64,000 nucleotides of DNA from Candidatus Poribacteria bacterium (GTDB taxonomy: Bacteria; Poribacteria; WGA-4E; WGA-3G): assembly GCA_965214095.1 (NCBI GenBank), contig OZ243938.1, positions 3,584,001-3,648,000 of the forward strand, written 5' to 3'. A program made the position numbers and the translations under genes. Below are positions 51,101 to 60,243 of the stretch, one piece after another. The notes under the pieces were generated by a model. It saw nothing but the letters and a program-made list of their open reading frames with translations. It was not told the DNA's origin and ran no database searches. Position 1 is the stretch's first letter. Each line of letters opens with the position of its first letter.

Positions 51101-52651
51101 GGCAGAGCCGAAACCGGTAGGGCTGATTTTGATAAGATCGTTGATATGGCAGGATACGCTAACTTAAAAGCAACTAATTATCCGAATCCAGTATCCAACA
51201 CAAACTTGTGGCCACTGGATGATTTCCCAGCACCAGGTTATACCAACAATAACCTTGTGGAAAACACGGTCCATTCTCGAGCAGTTGTTAGAGACAATAA
51301 AGATGGCGACCGTCTTGGCACAGGTGCTACGGACAATGATAACAACAAATCTGCATATAGAGACGCAGGTTTTACCGGTATTGGGTATAGACGTGATGTC
51401 CCCAGAGATGGTAGATACGGCGGTACTCCGGGTTATCATGGTTCGGAAAAAGGTCTTGCCACAGATCTCACTGACGACGTAGTTATTAGTGAATTAATGC
51501 TCTCTACTGGTAGTTCGACCAACAGACAACTGCCACAGTGGATTGAAATCACAAATAACTCAGGTACGAAAACCGTTAATCTTTCAGCTGATTCAGGTTG
51601 GAGATTGGTGATTGAAACACCTGTTGATGCAATCAGAACCCTTAACTTTAAAGATAAGGGACAGGTTAAATACATTTACCCGAAGCAAACAATTCTAATT
51701 GTTGCTGGTAGTCCTACACGTAATGCACAAGCAGGTAGTGATCGATTATCGAACGACATCATCTTCAAGTCTGATCGGGTCTTCAATGTTCTCAGAGAAT
51801 ATGGTACAGGATTTACTGAGATTCAAGATGATCCTGAAGATCTTCGGGCACCACTGACGAAGAGTGACCGCTACCGTTTCTTGAACCAGAAACACTTCAA
51901 TATTAGGTTGATTGACGGTAAAGGGACTGTTGCGGATGAAGTTGGTAACCTTGATGGAAATCCACGCACTAACGATACGGCTGACTGGGATTACCCGAGT
52001 GGTCTTACCAAAGATGGCGACCGAACTTCGTTCATTCGTGTCTTTGATGAAGGACTGAAGGCGCGCCAAGCTGTCGGTAGTGATGCTGTTGATGTGCTCC
52101 CACTTGATGCTGTCCGTTCCGGAGCAGTTGAAGAAGGGAAACTTGATCTTAATGATTATGACAGTGTTATTCCTGCAGAATATGCATGGATACATGCTGC
52201 AGCACTTAACTTTGATTCCATTTATGTCAGACATACCTGGTATGGAAGTGAAGATGACTATGGTACCCCCGGTGCTCTTAAAGGTCAGGTGTTACCAGTT
52301 CAATTGTCATTCTTCCGTCCGACATTGGAAGACGGTCAAGTTGTTATCCGTTGGACTACCGAATCTGAACTTGACAACGCTGGATTTAATATCTATCGTA
52401 GTGAAGATCGTAACGGTGAGTTCACAAAAGTCAATGAACAGTTAATACAAGGTAAAGGTACCACCGCGGAACGTAGCACCTATAATTGGGTTGATACTTC
52501 AGCGAAACCTGGTGCAGTTTACTACTATCAAATTGAAGATGTATCTTTCGCAGGTGAGCGTAATCCGCTTACGACTACTAAGTTGAAAGGCTTGATCTCG
52601 GCCAAGAACAAGCTGACAACGACGTGGAGCGAATTGAAATCACAGAATTAA
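48179..52651 (+). CDS. very large secreted/surface protein (Ig-like repeats, lamin-tail-like domains, conserved C-terminal module); paralog of 24739-27867
   Basis: signal peptide; Thr/Ala/Val-rich beta domains; ISEIMW..WIEL, FNEI..WIEI, ISELM..WIEI; C-terminal LPVQLSFF..KLTTTWSELK. Confidence 0.85.
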   Translation: MNLSNRLTFSFIFSVILVALFAVAPAMAQTIEATWSTDRNDDNTANDPGWSVTIGGLAASDTVTVTYLDPDGTAAAATGTQAGFDGVAADATSDTGSILAGIGDVIAVQVEAGPSGTTTTYQRVTFPAGGPGATLASTTLTRLPKLMELAKSEYYVSFGGTVTLTFDFADAVADTNGAPVADLHISDVSIAAATDWVVDSVSGTNQVTIRSTHDRTDTSVGTTVDLSAVYAQPTDPATDGQATLTYDNMAPTVTADSVSVAAPSGFPTPPDGVWDSVFILTFSVSDDGTGSGLPDENPVRIDTDETKLDVGVVGLAPASDVVGTEYLVRITPKVGRATTAGEEVVITIVPIDKSGNEGSMATTVKLAESTPPDALYTSAAPASGDVMQGDEITVTFASDPGAVTATGAAISGTGATRTLTVDAAQAVGALEIVLTWGESGRQVLNYTVVIPAVAFTSAAPASGATVEQGDTITLTFASDPGTVTATGAAISGTGETRTLTVADDQAAGALSIALSWANGGSQALSYTVSVFVSANPTSPSNIMMVEIPAESYVVLVRSMSTTEGALQFPDVPPVNGTAVDVQAWSDMPDLWDLFQRTAQNRGGAIVLRKSADAADNDMKNDDDEYIGMYATPAVGSVGISEIMWARDLGQGTAAQQAAGQWIELQNLNDKPVKVLIYAQKGSEGLVSGGLLVDTAAGDSLLGNPGGMVIDAVQNIRNDGNQTNDGWDIKGQDGNSVEGVSFASMHRILPDKQPAYTLAQNYTKRKGTNGGHWAKSGGAYLRSQTTHTSGGVTNVPILFDYRGTPGDVNNRTGIDFHTKAGKTNLSDGAELIFNEIANRSDADKDYEWIEILNRTDSVKSLRSYIITMLTKKGTNDNDQDQETVLYHFAHDTNADVPANGVLLLVASDPAKDDEHPLSVGYNVDENEEDQVPGFKGDHVPRYKVVNFGSNGLPNGNFVLVLRRPDTVEGHDDGGRGRAETGRADFDKIVDMAGYANLKATNYPNPVSNTNLWPLDDFPAPGYTNNNLVENTVHSRAVVRDNKDGDRLGTGATDNDNNKSAYRDAGFTGIGYRRDVPRDGRYGGTPGYHGSEKGLATDLTDDVVISELMLSTGSSTNRQLPQWIEITNNSGTKTVNLSADSGWRLVIETPVDAIRTLNFKDKGQVKYIYPKQTILIVAGSPTRNAQAGSDRLSNDIIFKSDRVFNVLREYGTGFTEIQDDPEDLRAPLTKSDRYRFLNQKHFNIRLIDGKGTVADEVGNLDGNPRTNDTADWDYPSGLTKDGDRTSFIRVFDEGLKARQAVGSDAVDVLPLDAVRSGAVEEGKLDLNDYDSVIPAEYAWIHAAALNFDSIYVRHTWYGSEDDYGTPGALKGQVLPVQLSFFRPTLEDGQVVIRWTTESELDNAGFNIYRSEDRNGEFTKVNEQLIQGKGTTAERSTYNWVDTSAKPGAVYYYQIEDVSFAGERNPLTTTKLKGLISAKNKLTTTWSELKSQN
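49301..49761 (+). repeat. intragenic tandem duplication of an ~80-aa Ig-like domain (240-bp period)
   Basis: TSAAPASG..QGD.IT.TFASDPG.VTATGAAISGTG.TRTLTV occurs twice with a near-identical DNA core. Confidence 0.85.
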
Positions 52652-52682
52652 CTCAGGGATATTCTAACTAACCTACCCCCGA

Positions 52683-52720
52683 GCGGATGGCGAACTTCGG
52701 TTCGTTATCCGCTTTTTTTT
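52683..52720 (+). terminator. intrinsic terminator
   Basis: GCGGATGGCGAAC-TTCG-GTTCGTTATCCGC followed by T8. Confidence 0.82.
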
Positions 52721-52732
52721 ATAGATGCGGAA

Positions 52733-52900
52733 TGTCTGAACCAGGATTCACAGGATTTTTAGATTTCCAGGATTTTCCGTGTCAAGTTTGTTTTGAAAAG
52801 TTGACATACTGTCGAGACAAACATTAATGTACACTTGACAAAGAGACACCAATAAGGTAATCCTGTAAATCTGTAAATCCTGTGAATCCTGGTTCAGACA
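52733..52900. repeat. 168-bp foldback element (26-bp perfect TIR), left flank of the GxxExxY gene
   Basis: tgtctgaaccaggattcacaggattt / aaatcctgtgaatcctggttcagaca; near-identical copy at 53380-53547. Confidence 0.9.
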
Positions 52901-52994
52901 GTTCCCAATAAGGTAATCCTATAATCCTGCTAATCCTGGTTCAGACAAAAAAATATAAATACATAACAAAAATATACATAAAAAGGAAGGTCAA

Positions 52995-53372
52995 ATGAAA
53001 GAAGAGAAATTAACATACCAAATCATCGGCTGTGCTATGGAGGTACATAGGAAGCTTGGTAACGGTTTTCAAGAAGTGATCTATCAACGTGCTCTTGAGA
53101 TTGAATTGGAACGCGCAGGAATTGGTTTTGAACGTGAAGTAGAATATCCTATCTATTATGATAAGATCAATATTGGGTCAAGAAGAGCAGACTTCATTGT
53201 TGGAGAAAAGGTGGTAATAGAATTGAAGGCACTCATTGCGTTAGAAGATGTTCATATAGCACAAGCCAGAAACTATCTGGAGGCATTTGATTTGGATATC
53301 GGTCTATTGATTAATTTTGGCGGGAAGAGTTTGGAGCATAAAAGGTTGTTCAATCCGAACAGAAATGATTGA
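52995..53372 (+). CDS. GxxExxY protein (PD-(D/E)XK nuclease-like fold)
   Basis: IIGCA.EVH..LGNGFQEVIYQ.AL, R.DF.V...V..ELKA, NYL......GLLINFG. Confidence 0.93.
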   Translation: MKEEKLTYQIIGCAMEVHRKLGNGFQEVIYQRALEIELERAGIGFEREVEYPIYYDKINIGSRRADFIVGEKVVIELKALIALEDVHIAQARNYLEAFDLDIGLLINFGGKSLEHKRLFNPNRND

Positions 53373-53379
53373 AGTAGGT

Positions 53380-53662
53380 TGTCTGAACCAGGATTCACAG
53401 GATTGGTAGATTTCCAGGATTTTCCGTGTCAAGTTTGTTTTGATAAGTTGACATACTGTCGAGACAAACATTAATGTACACTTGACAAAGAAACACCAAT
53501 AAGGTAATCCTGTAAATCTGTAAATCCTGTGAATCCTGGTTCAGGCTCTTATCCTGTAAATCTGTAAATCCTGTAAATCCTGGTTCAGGCTCTAATCCTG
53601 TAAATCTACTAATCCTGCTAATCCTGGTTCAGACTATTATCCTGTGAATCCTGGTTCAGACA
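53380..53662. repeat. 168-bp foldback element (right flank) followed by tandem end-repeats
   Basis: direct copy of 52733-52900 plus three further ATCCTG..AATCCTGGTTCAG units. Confidence 0.9.
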
Positions 53663-53665
53663 AAA

Positions 53666-55153
53666 TTACCAATCTTCAATCAATTGCACTAACAACCGCA
53701 CACCATAACCGGTTGCGCCTTCAGGGATATATGTGGACCCTTTCATTCCCCAGGCAGTGCCAGCGATGTCAAGATGCACCCACGGATACCCTTCAGCGAA
53801 CTTTTTGAGGAACGCGGCACCGGCAATCGTACCGGAAGTGCCATCACCGATGTTCTGCACATCAGCCACTTTGCTTTTTACGCCTTCATCATAATCATCC
53901 CACAGCGGCAGTTGCCAGACGCGTTCGTGCGTTTTGTCAGCGGCGTTCTTGACCTTCTCCATCAGCGCATCGTCTGTACCCATCGCACCCGCTGCGATAT
54001 GTCCGAGAGCCGCTATCACAGCACCTGTGAGGGTTGCTAAATCAATCACACCGTTGGGTTCATACTGTGCTGTCCAACCGAGTGCATCTGCTAAAATTAG
54101 TCTACCTTCGGCATCTGTATTCATAATCTCAATTGTTTTACCACCATAGGATGTCACAACATCTCCCGGTTTAATTGCAGTGGAACCCGGCATATTTTCA
54201 GTTGTCGCGATAATCCCGAGCACACGCACATCCGGTTTCAACTGACCGATGACCTGCATTGCACCTAATACGGCTGCAGCCCCGGACATGTCGTGTTTCA
54301 TCTCGTCCATCCCTTTGCCAGATTTCAACGATATGCCACCCGTATCAAAAGTAATCCCTTTGCCAACGAGGACAACGGTATCGTGTCCTTCCCCTTCAGG
54401 TGTATATTCCAAGATGATGAACCGTGGTTCTTCAGCACTCCCTTGTGCAACTGCTAATAGGGTACGAAAGCCTTTTTCTTCAAGTGTTGGTTTGTCAAAA
54501 ACTGTGCAGTCTAATCCGACTGTATCCGCAACTTCTTCGGCTTTTTCAGCGAGTTGTGTTGGCGTGAGATGGTTGCCGGGTTGATTGCTCAGATCGCGGG
54601 CAAGGATAGTGCCGTTAGCGATGGTTTCTCCGCGTGTAACAATCCGTTCCATCAGCGATTTCTCTGATTCACTTCCTACGAGAAAGGTCAGCGATTCAAG
54701 CGATTTATTTTCATCTTCCTTATCATCGCTTTGCGTTTTGTGCTGCTTGAATTCATATAATGAAAGCAAGCTGGCTTCAACGGCTGCTTGTGTCCACTCG
54801 TCTTGTGTTTCGGGTGGAATAGGCACAGCAATAGATTTAAGCCCCATATCACGGACTTGTCGCGCAGTGTGTCCAGCAACTTGCCGTACCTGTTCAGCAT
54901 CAAGTTTCTCAAACAATCCGAGTCCAACGAGTATGACACGCGGTGCAGCAATCCCACCGTTTGTATAGAGTACGCTTGTAGTCTTCGGTTTTCCTTTGAA
55001 ATCACCGAGGTTCAGAAACGTTTGTATGCTACCGTCCAATGCGGAATCAGCGGCTAAGAGTAGCTCATTGTGCATGTCATCTTCAAGCACTGGGATGAGG
55101 ATAGCATCCGTTTCTAATTGACGAAAATCACCTATATTGACAGTTATGTTCAT
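53666..55153 (-). CDS. pepA: leucyl aminopeptidase (M17)
   Basis: VGKGITFDTGG, MKHDMSGAA, NTDAEGRL, DLATLTGA, HLDIAG. Confidence 0.97.
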   Translation of the reverse strand: MNITVNIGDFRQLETDAILIPVLEDDMHNELLLAADSALDGSIQTFLNLGDFKGKPKTTSVLYTNGGIAAPRVILVGLGLFEKLDAEQVRQVAGHTARQVRDMGLKSIAVPIPPETQDEWTQAAVEASLLSLYEFKQHKTQSDDKEDENKSLESLTFLVGSESEKSLMERIVTRGETIANGTILARDLSNQPGNHLTPTQLAEKAEEVADTVGLDCTVFDKPTLEEKGFRTLLAVAQGSAEEPRFIILEYTPEGEGHDTVVLVGKGITFDTGGISLKSGKGMDEMKHDMSGAAAVLGAMQVIGQLKPDVRVLGIIATTENMPGSTAIKPGDVVTSYGGKTIEIMNTDAEGRLILADALGWTAQYEPNGVIDLATLTGAVIAALGHIAAGAMGTDDALMEKVKNAADKTHERVWQLPLWDDYDEGVKSKVADVQNIGDGTSGTIAGAAFLKKFAEGYPWVHLDIAGTAWGMKGSTYIPEGATGYGVRLLVQLIEDW

Positions 55154-55487
55154 ATTTAATCCTTTTTTTTGTGATGTTTTAATTGTAACTATAGTTTGGA
55201 CAGTTTTTTGGTGTATAGCACACGTTGAACCTTATGCGTCAATTTAGCGTCCTTCCAAGTACCGGTAGGTTCGGTTTCCTAACCGAACCGGACTCACCCC
55301 CGTGTCGGTAGGTTCGGTTTCCTAACCGAACCGGCTTTGTGCCAAATACCTTCATAGAGGTTCTCGCGTAGGATCTGGTTCGGTTAGGAAACCGAACCTA
55401 CCATCACGGGGCGTAGGATCTGGTTCGGTTAGGAAACCGAACCTACCATCACGGGGCGTAGGATCCGGTTCGGTTAGGAAACCGAAC

Positions 55488-56974
55488 CATAAGCGTCAAT
55501 TTAGTGATTTTTTGCTGCATTTTCAAGGTGTTCTAATGTTGTGTCTCTATTAGCACGTCTCTCAATGTAGCACCCATTTTGGAAAGCGTGTTTTATTTCA
55601 TCAAAAGTTTGCCGAAAAGACATTATAGACTTGCGGAAACCTATTGCAAGTGTGCGTGCGAAGGTGCTAATAAGTTCTGCTGTTTTTGTTAGACTATGTT
55701 TTAGACATCGCCAGCCGACCCTTAACATGATCCAGTGCCGCATAATTGCGACGATGAGTTTTGCATATAACTCACATAAGATTCTATATGGCTTGTCGCT
55801 ACGGGAGGTATCAACTTTTCCAATGCTTTTGAAGCACTTGAACATCAACTCAATCTGCCATCGGATGCGTGCGACAGCACAAATCTGTTCAGCAGTCAGA
55901 TGGTCTACTTCTATATTAGTAATGTAGATATTCCATCTTGCGAGCTGAAGTCGTTTTGGTGAAGGTTTCGTCTGCTTCCGCTTCGCACGATGTTTTATCT
56001 CCTTAATACGCTGTTGGTTTTCTGTTTCTGAAAGTCTTTGAACAACTAATCGTGCTTTGAGACGCTTGTTTTTACCTATAAAGATTTGTTTGTCCTTGAA
56101 GTTATCAGAACCCTTCTTGAGCCATTTTAGCAAGCAAAAAGGGTCACCTGTTTCATCATAGAGAAAACACTGGACTTTGTAGCGTGATATCCAAAAGACG
56201 TTTGCATCGGAAAGTCTTTTGAAGGTATCAAGTGAATAATAGCCGAGGTCTGCGAGGCGCAAACTGCCGGCGGGTAGCATATCAATCTGCTTTTCAATAG
56301 TGCTATCAGCGGTGATACCATTGGTCAGTTCAAAGTGTTCAAAAGTGCCTGTGGCACTATCAAAACGCAGGTGGAGTTTCACGGCAGCTGTGTTCGGTTT
56401 GTTCTTTTTGCTTCCACCTTCCCAAGTTTCGTGGAGCACATCAGGGAGTGTAATCCAAGAACTATCTTGTAAATAGACACCAGTGAACTTTTCAAGGAGC
56501 GGAAGCGTTTGCGGGTCGGCAGAAATAACCTGGGAAGCAGTAGCATCAAGGATAACTTTCAGGGTCTCTGCTGCTTCAGATGTAAATCGTTGTTCAATGG
56601 CTTGTCGTGAGATTGAAATCCCCAGTACACCAGCAGTTTGCGCAAGTTGTGTATAGGTGGCATCCGGGTTTTCTAACCAAGTCCAAATAAGTATTTGAGC
56701 AAAACGACTACCGTTGAGTTTACAACTTCTTTTGACAAAACCTGTATTGAGAGCTGCATCATTGGCTATAGTTGTAAGAATATGTTGCATTTCTTTGGGA
56801 ACTTGTGATAATGTATTCATTGGAAACACCTCTTTGTAGACCATAATAACTCTATATCTACATTATATATGAGGTGTTTTCATTTTTACAGAAGTTTTAT
56901 TTCATAATTTATACTTTCTCTGATTAAAAGTTGACACTTATCGGTCTTAGTGCATCCTTAAATTGACGCTTATG
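55488..56974 (-). mobile_element. IS4-family insertion sequence, 1487 bp
   Basis: perfect 16-bp TIR CATAAGCGTCAATTTA; flanked by the 20-bp direct repeat GTTCGGTTAGGAAACCGAAC. Confidence 0.85.
55501..56844 (-). CDS. IS4-family DDE transposase
   Basis: QDSS (D1), ADLGY (D2), R.RWQIE..FK (YREK-like); stop codon lies inside the TIR. Confidence 0.92.
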   Translation of the reverse strand: MVYKEVFPMNTLSQVPKEMQHILTTIANDAALNTGFVKRSCKLNGSRFAQILIWTWLENPDATYTQLAQTAGVLGISISRQAIEQRFTSEAAETLKVILDATASQVISADPQTLPLLEKFTGVYLQDSSWITLPDVLHETWEGGSKKNKPNTAAVKLHLRFDSATGTFEHFELTNGITADSTIEKQIDMLPAGSLRLADLGYYSLDTFKRLSDANVFWISRYKVQCFLYDETGDPFCLLKWLKKGSDNFKDKQIFIGKNKRLKARLVVQRLSETENQQRIKEIKHRAKRKQTKPSPKRLQLARWNIYITNIEVDHLTAEQICAVARIRWQIELMFKCFKSIGKVDTSRSDKPYRILCELYAKLIVAIMRHWIMLRVGWRCLKHSLTKTAELISTFARTLAIGFRKSIMSFRQTFDEIKHAFQNGCYIERRANRDTTLEHLENAAKNH

Positions 56975-57036
56975 GTTCGGTTAGGAAACCGAACCTACCG
57001 TCTTGGGAAAACGCCTAATTTACACTACATACTAAG

Positions 57037-57345
57037 TTATTTAGATTTACGCATGCCCGTCATAATGACGAGGGGTTCATCACTTGTTACCGTTAATGAA
57101 TGGTAAGTATTAGCAGGCACATCAATTCGGTCACCTTTTTCGACGGTGCCTTCCGCATCGGCGACTTTTGCTTCTGCCGTGCCAGATAACACACAAACGA
57201 CTTCATCCTGCGTGTGAATATAATCAAGATACGCACCACCCGGACGACCAGACCACTGATATGCGTCAAAACCTTCTGATTGTAATTGTGCTTTCAATAC
57301 GTCTACATCGTCATTTTCTTCTAACCAACGTGTTTTCCATTTCAT
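57037..57345 (-). CDS. small cupin-domain protein
   Basis: Y..H..DE..CVLSG and GD.I.VPANT.H cupin motifs; start placed at MKWK after an AGGAG RBS. Confidence 0.8.
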   Translation of the reverse strand: MKWKTRWLEENDDVDVLKAQLQSEGFDAYQWSGRPGGAYLDYIHTQDEVVCVLSGTAEAKVADAEGTVEKGDRIDVPANTYHSLTVTSDEPLVIMTGMRKSK

Positions 57346-57356
57346 TGCTATTCTCC

Positions 57357-60068
57357 TTATAGCGGTTCTAATTTTACTGGACACACCTTCAACTCAGCAG
57401 TATGTGTAATCGGATCATATCCAGAACCTGTTAGCAGATTTACAGGTACATCTGCAAAACTGAAACTGGCAAATACTGTGCCGCGTGGTGAACGATTTGT
57501 TGCCTTGACTTTTATATTTATACTCCCACGCGCACTACTCATTTTGCACCATTCCCCATCTGACAACTGCCATTTGTCGAGGTCTGCGGGGTTCACTTCA
57601 AGCGATTCTTCGGGTAAAAGATAGTCTATACCTTGAGACCTTCCCGTTTGTGTGCGGGTATGATAGGATTGCAAACGTCTACCAGTCGTCAACCAAACAG
57701 GAAAATCATCGCTGATTGTCTCCGCTGGGTCACGGTAATGCACTTTAGAAAAAATACCTTTTCCGTTAACAAAAGTATCCTCGTGCAATAGCGGTGTGCC
57801 GGGGTGATCTTTATGCGGAACAGGCCACTGGTTGTTTAAGATGTCCGTAACGCCATTCTCAATACGTTCCCAATCTAATCCGGCATAAATCGGTGAGAGA
57901 CTGCAGAGTTCATTGAATATCGGTTCAGGTGAGTCATACTCGAATCCGTTGAATTCCAGTCGTTTTGCCAGTTCAGAAATAATCCACCAATCAGGTTTTG
58001 CTTTACCGGGAGGTGGTACTGCTGCACGTAACCGTTGCACACGTCGTTCAGTATTTGTGCATATACCATCGGTTTCACCCCATGCTGTTGCTGGCAGCAC
58101 AACATCGGCAAGTTCCGCTGTTTCGGTCAGAAATATGTCAATGACAACGAGGTGGTCTAAGGCTCGGAGGGCATGTTCACAATGTTCTCGGTCAGGGTCA
58201 GACAACAACGTGTTCTCACCATCAATAAGCATCGCGTGAATGCTATCCCCGCAAAGGTCTAAAGCCGTAACTTTCGTAATTCCTTTCTCAAGGTCAACTT
58301 CCTTGCCATAAGCCGCTTTGAACTTTGCTTGATACTCAGGATCCGTGACCGATTGAAACCCCGGATAGTTGTTTGGTAAAGCACCACTGTCGCCTGCGCC
58401 TTGGATATTATTTTGTCCACGCATTGGGTTAATGCCCGTTCCTTCGCGTCCGACATTCCCTGTCATCAGCACAAGGTTACATAAACTTTGGACGTTTTCT
58501 ACGCCGCAGATATGTTCTGTAATTCCAAGTGTGTAGTAGATAGCAGCTGCATCCGATGCACCATACCACATCGCAGCGGTTTCTATGTTTTGTGCGGGGA
58601 CACCTGTGATTGTTTCTGCCCATTCAGGTGTCCACTGACTGATATGTTCAAAGAAGTCGTCAAAGCCGGTTGTCCGATTTTTAATGAATTCTTCATCAAT
58701 CAATCCTTCACGAGCGATGACGTGTGCCATTCCGAGGAGCAGTGCTGTGTCTGAACCCACACGGAGGGGCAGATATAGATGAGACAACTCTGCCAAGCCG
58801 ATACGTCTCGGATCTGCGACAATAAGTTTTGCACCGCGAGCAATCGCCTTTTTCAATCCGGTCGCTGCAACAGGATGGCATTCAGTCATGTTTGTACCGA
58901 TACAGAAGATGACATCAGGTTTCTGCATATCGACGAGTGGGTTAGACATCGCGCCTCGTCCGATTGTCGCTGCCAGACCGGCAACGGTCGGTGCATGTCA
59001 GGCACGGCTGCAATTGTCAATATAGTTTGTCCCAAAGCCTACGCGTATGAACTTCTGCATCAGATACGCCGCTTCACTCGGTGCACGTCCAGAAGCGATA
59101 CCGTAGATACCATGTCTACCGTGTTCAGCATTGGCTTTTCTGAATCCTTCAGCAGCGACATCAAGTGCATCTTCCCAACTCGCTTCATGCAGTTCACCAT
59201 CATCACCACGGATTAGCGGTGTCTTTAGTCTATCAGAATGATGTACAAAATCGTAAGCGAACTGTCCCTTGACGCAGAGCGCGCCTTCATTCGCAGGACC
59301 GTCCATTGCAGGGTGGATACCAATTATTTTTTCGTCTTTTGAAAGCACATCAATAGAACAGCCAACGCCACAATATGGACAGATAGTTCGTGTCTTGTCA
59401 AACGTCCCGTCTGTAACCTCATCAACCGCACGGAGTGCCTTTTTGTCGGCAAGTGCACCCGTGGGACAAGTCTGGATACACTGTCCACAGAACGTGCAAG
59501 CAGAGTCCTTTAGAAGTCCATCAAACTCTGTGGTAATCTGTGTCTGAAAACCGCGGTTCATCACATTGATGGCGTGGTCACCTTCCTGCTCAGCACAGAC
59601 ACGAACACACCGATAGCACGAAATGCATAGTTCATAATCCCGAAGAATAAAGGGATTGTCATCAGTTTTGTTCGTGCCAGATATAGTGCCCTCAATATCG
59701 GTTGTCTTAATCTGGTATTCATCACAGAGATTGGCAAATTCACGGGAAGCGTATCCACGCAACGGATGCACATCTACCTCACGGTTCTCACTCATCACCA
59801 TTTCAAGCAGTGTTTTCCGATATGTCTCAATTGTATCAGTTGATGTGCGGATGACCATACCAGCGGCAGCTTTCGTTGTGCAAGAGGCTACCGGGTTTCG
59901 CGCACCTTCCATCTCTACGATACACAAGCGGCAGCCACCAAAAGGGTCTAACCGTGGATCATAACACAACGTAGGAATATCTTTCTCATGACGTTGTGCC
60001 ACTTCAAGCACAGTCTCACCTTCAATAAAGTCGACTTCAATTCCGTCAATCTGCATTTTATCTGCCAT
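57357..60068 (-). CDS. fdhF: selenocysteine-containing formate dehydrogenase alpha subunit (Mo/W-bisPGD, N-terminal Fe-S domain), about 903 aa
   Basis: ORFs 58998-60068 and 57357-58949 are in frame across a TGA at 59000-58998, giving NCSRA-U-HAPT; CPYCGVGC..C, RGQNN.QG; SECIS-like hairpin. Confidence 0.93.
58968..58986 (-). promoter_or_regulatory. bacterial SECIS element
   Basis: CGUUGCC-GGUCU-GGCAGCG hairpin starting 11 nt after UGA, resembling the E. coli fdhF SECIS. Confidence 0.8.
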
Positions 60069-60243
60069 AATCCACGTTTTTATCCTGTCAAATGTGAACA
60101 GATCAATATAACACCTGTAGGTCGGGTAGAGGCACGAAACCCGACAAGCATTGAACGTGTCGGGTTTCGCGTTGCTCTACCCGACCTACGATATAAACTC
60201 TTAGTAACGTTCATCAATTGAAAATTATTAAAACTAAACGCAA

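Noticed and set aside
53550-53662. Tandem ATCCTG..GGTTCAG units as a CRISPR array
   Set aside because: No unique spacers; these are stacked ends of the foldback element.
55366-55487. Regularly spaced repeats resembling a CRISPR array
   Set aside because: 45-bp tandem units with identical intervening sequence, so no unique spacers; they are REP-A copies, and no cas genes are present.
58950-59000. FDH split into two genes or a nonsense pseudogene
   Set aside because: The TGA is in frame at the catalytic Cys/Sec position and is followed by a SECIS-like hairpin.
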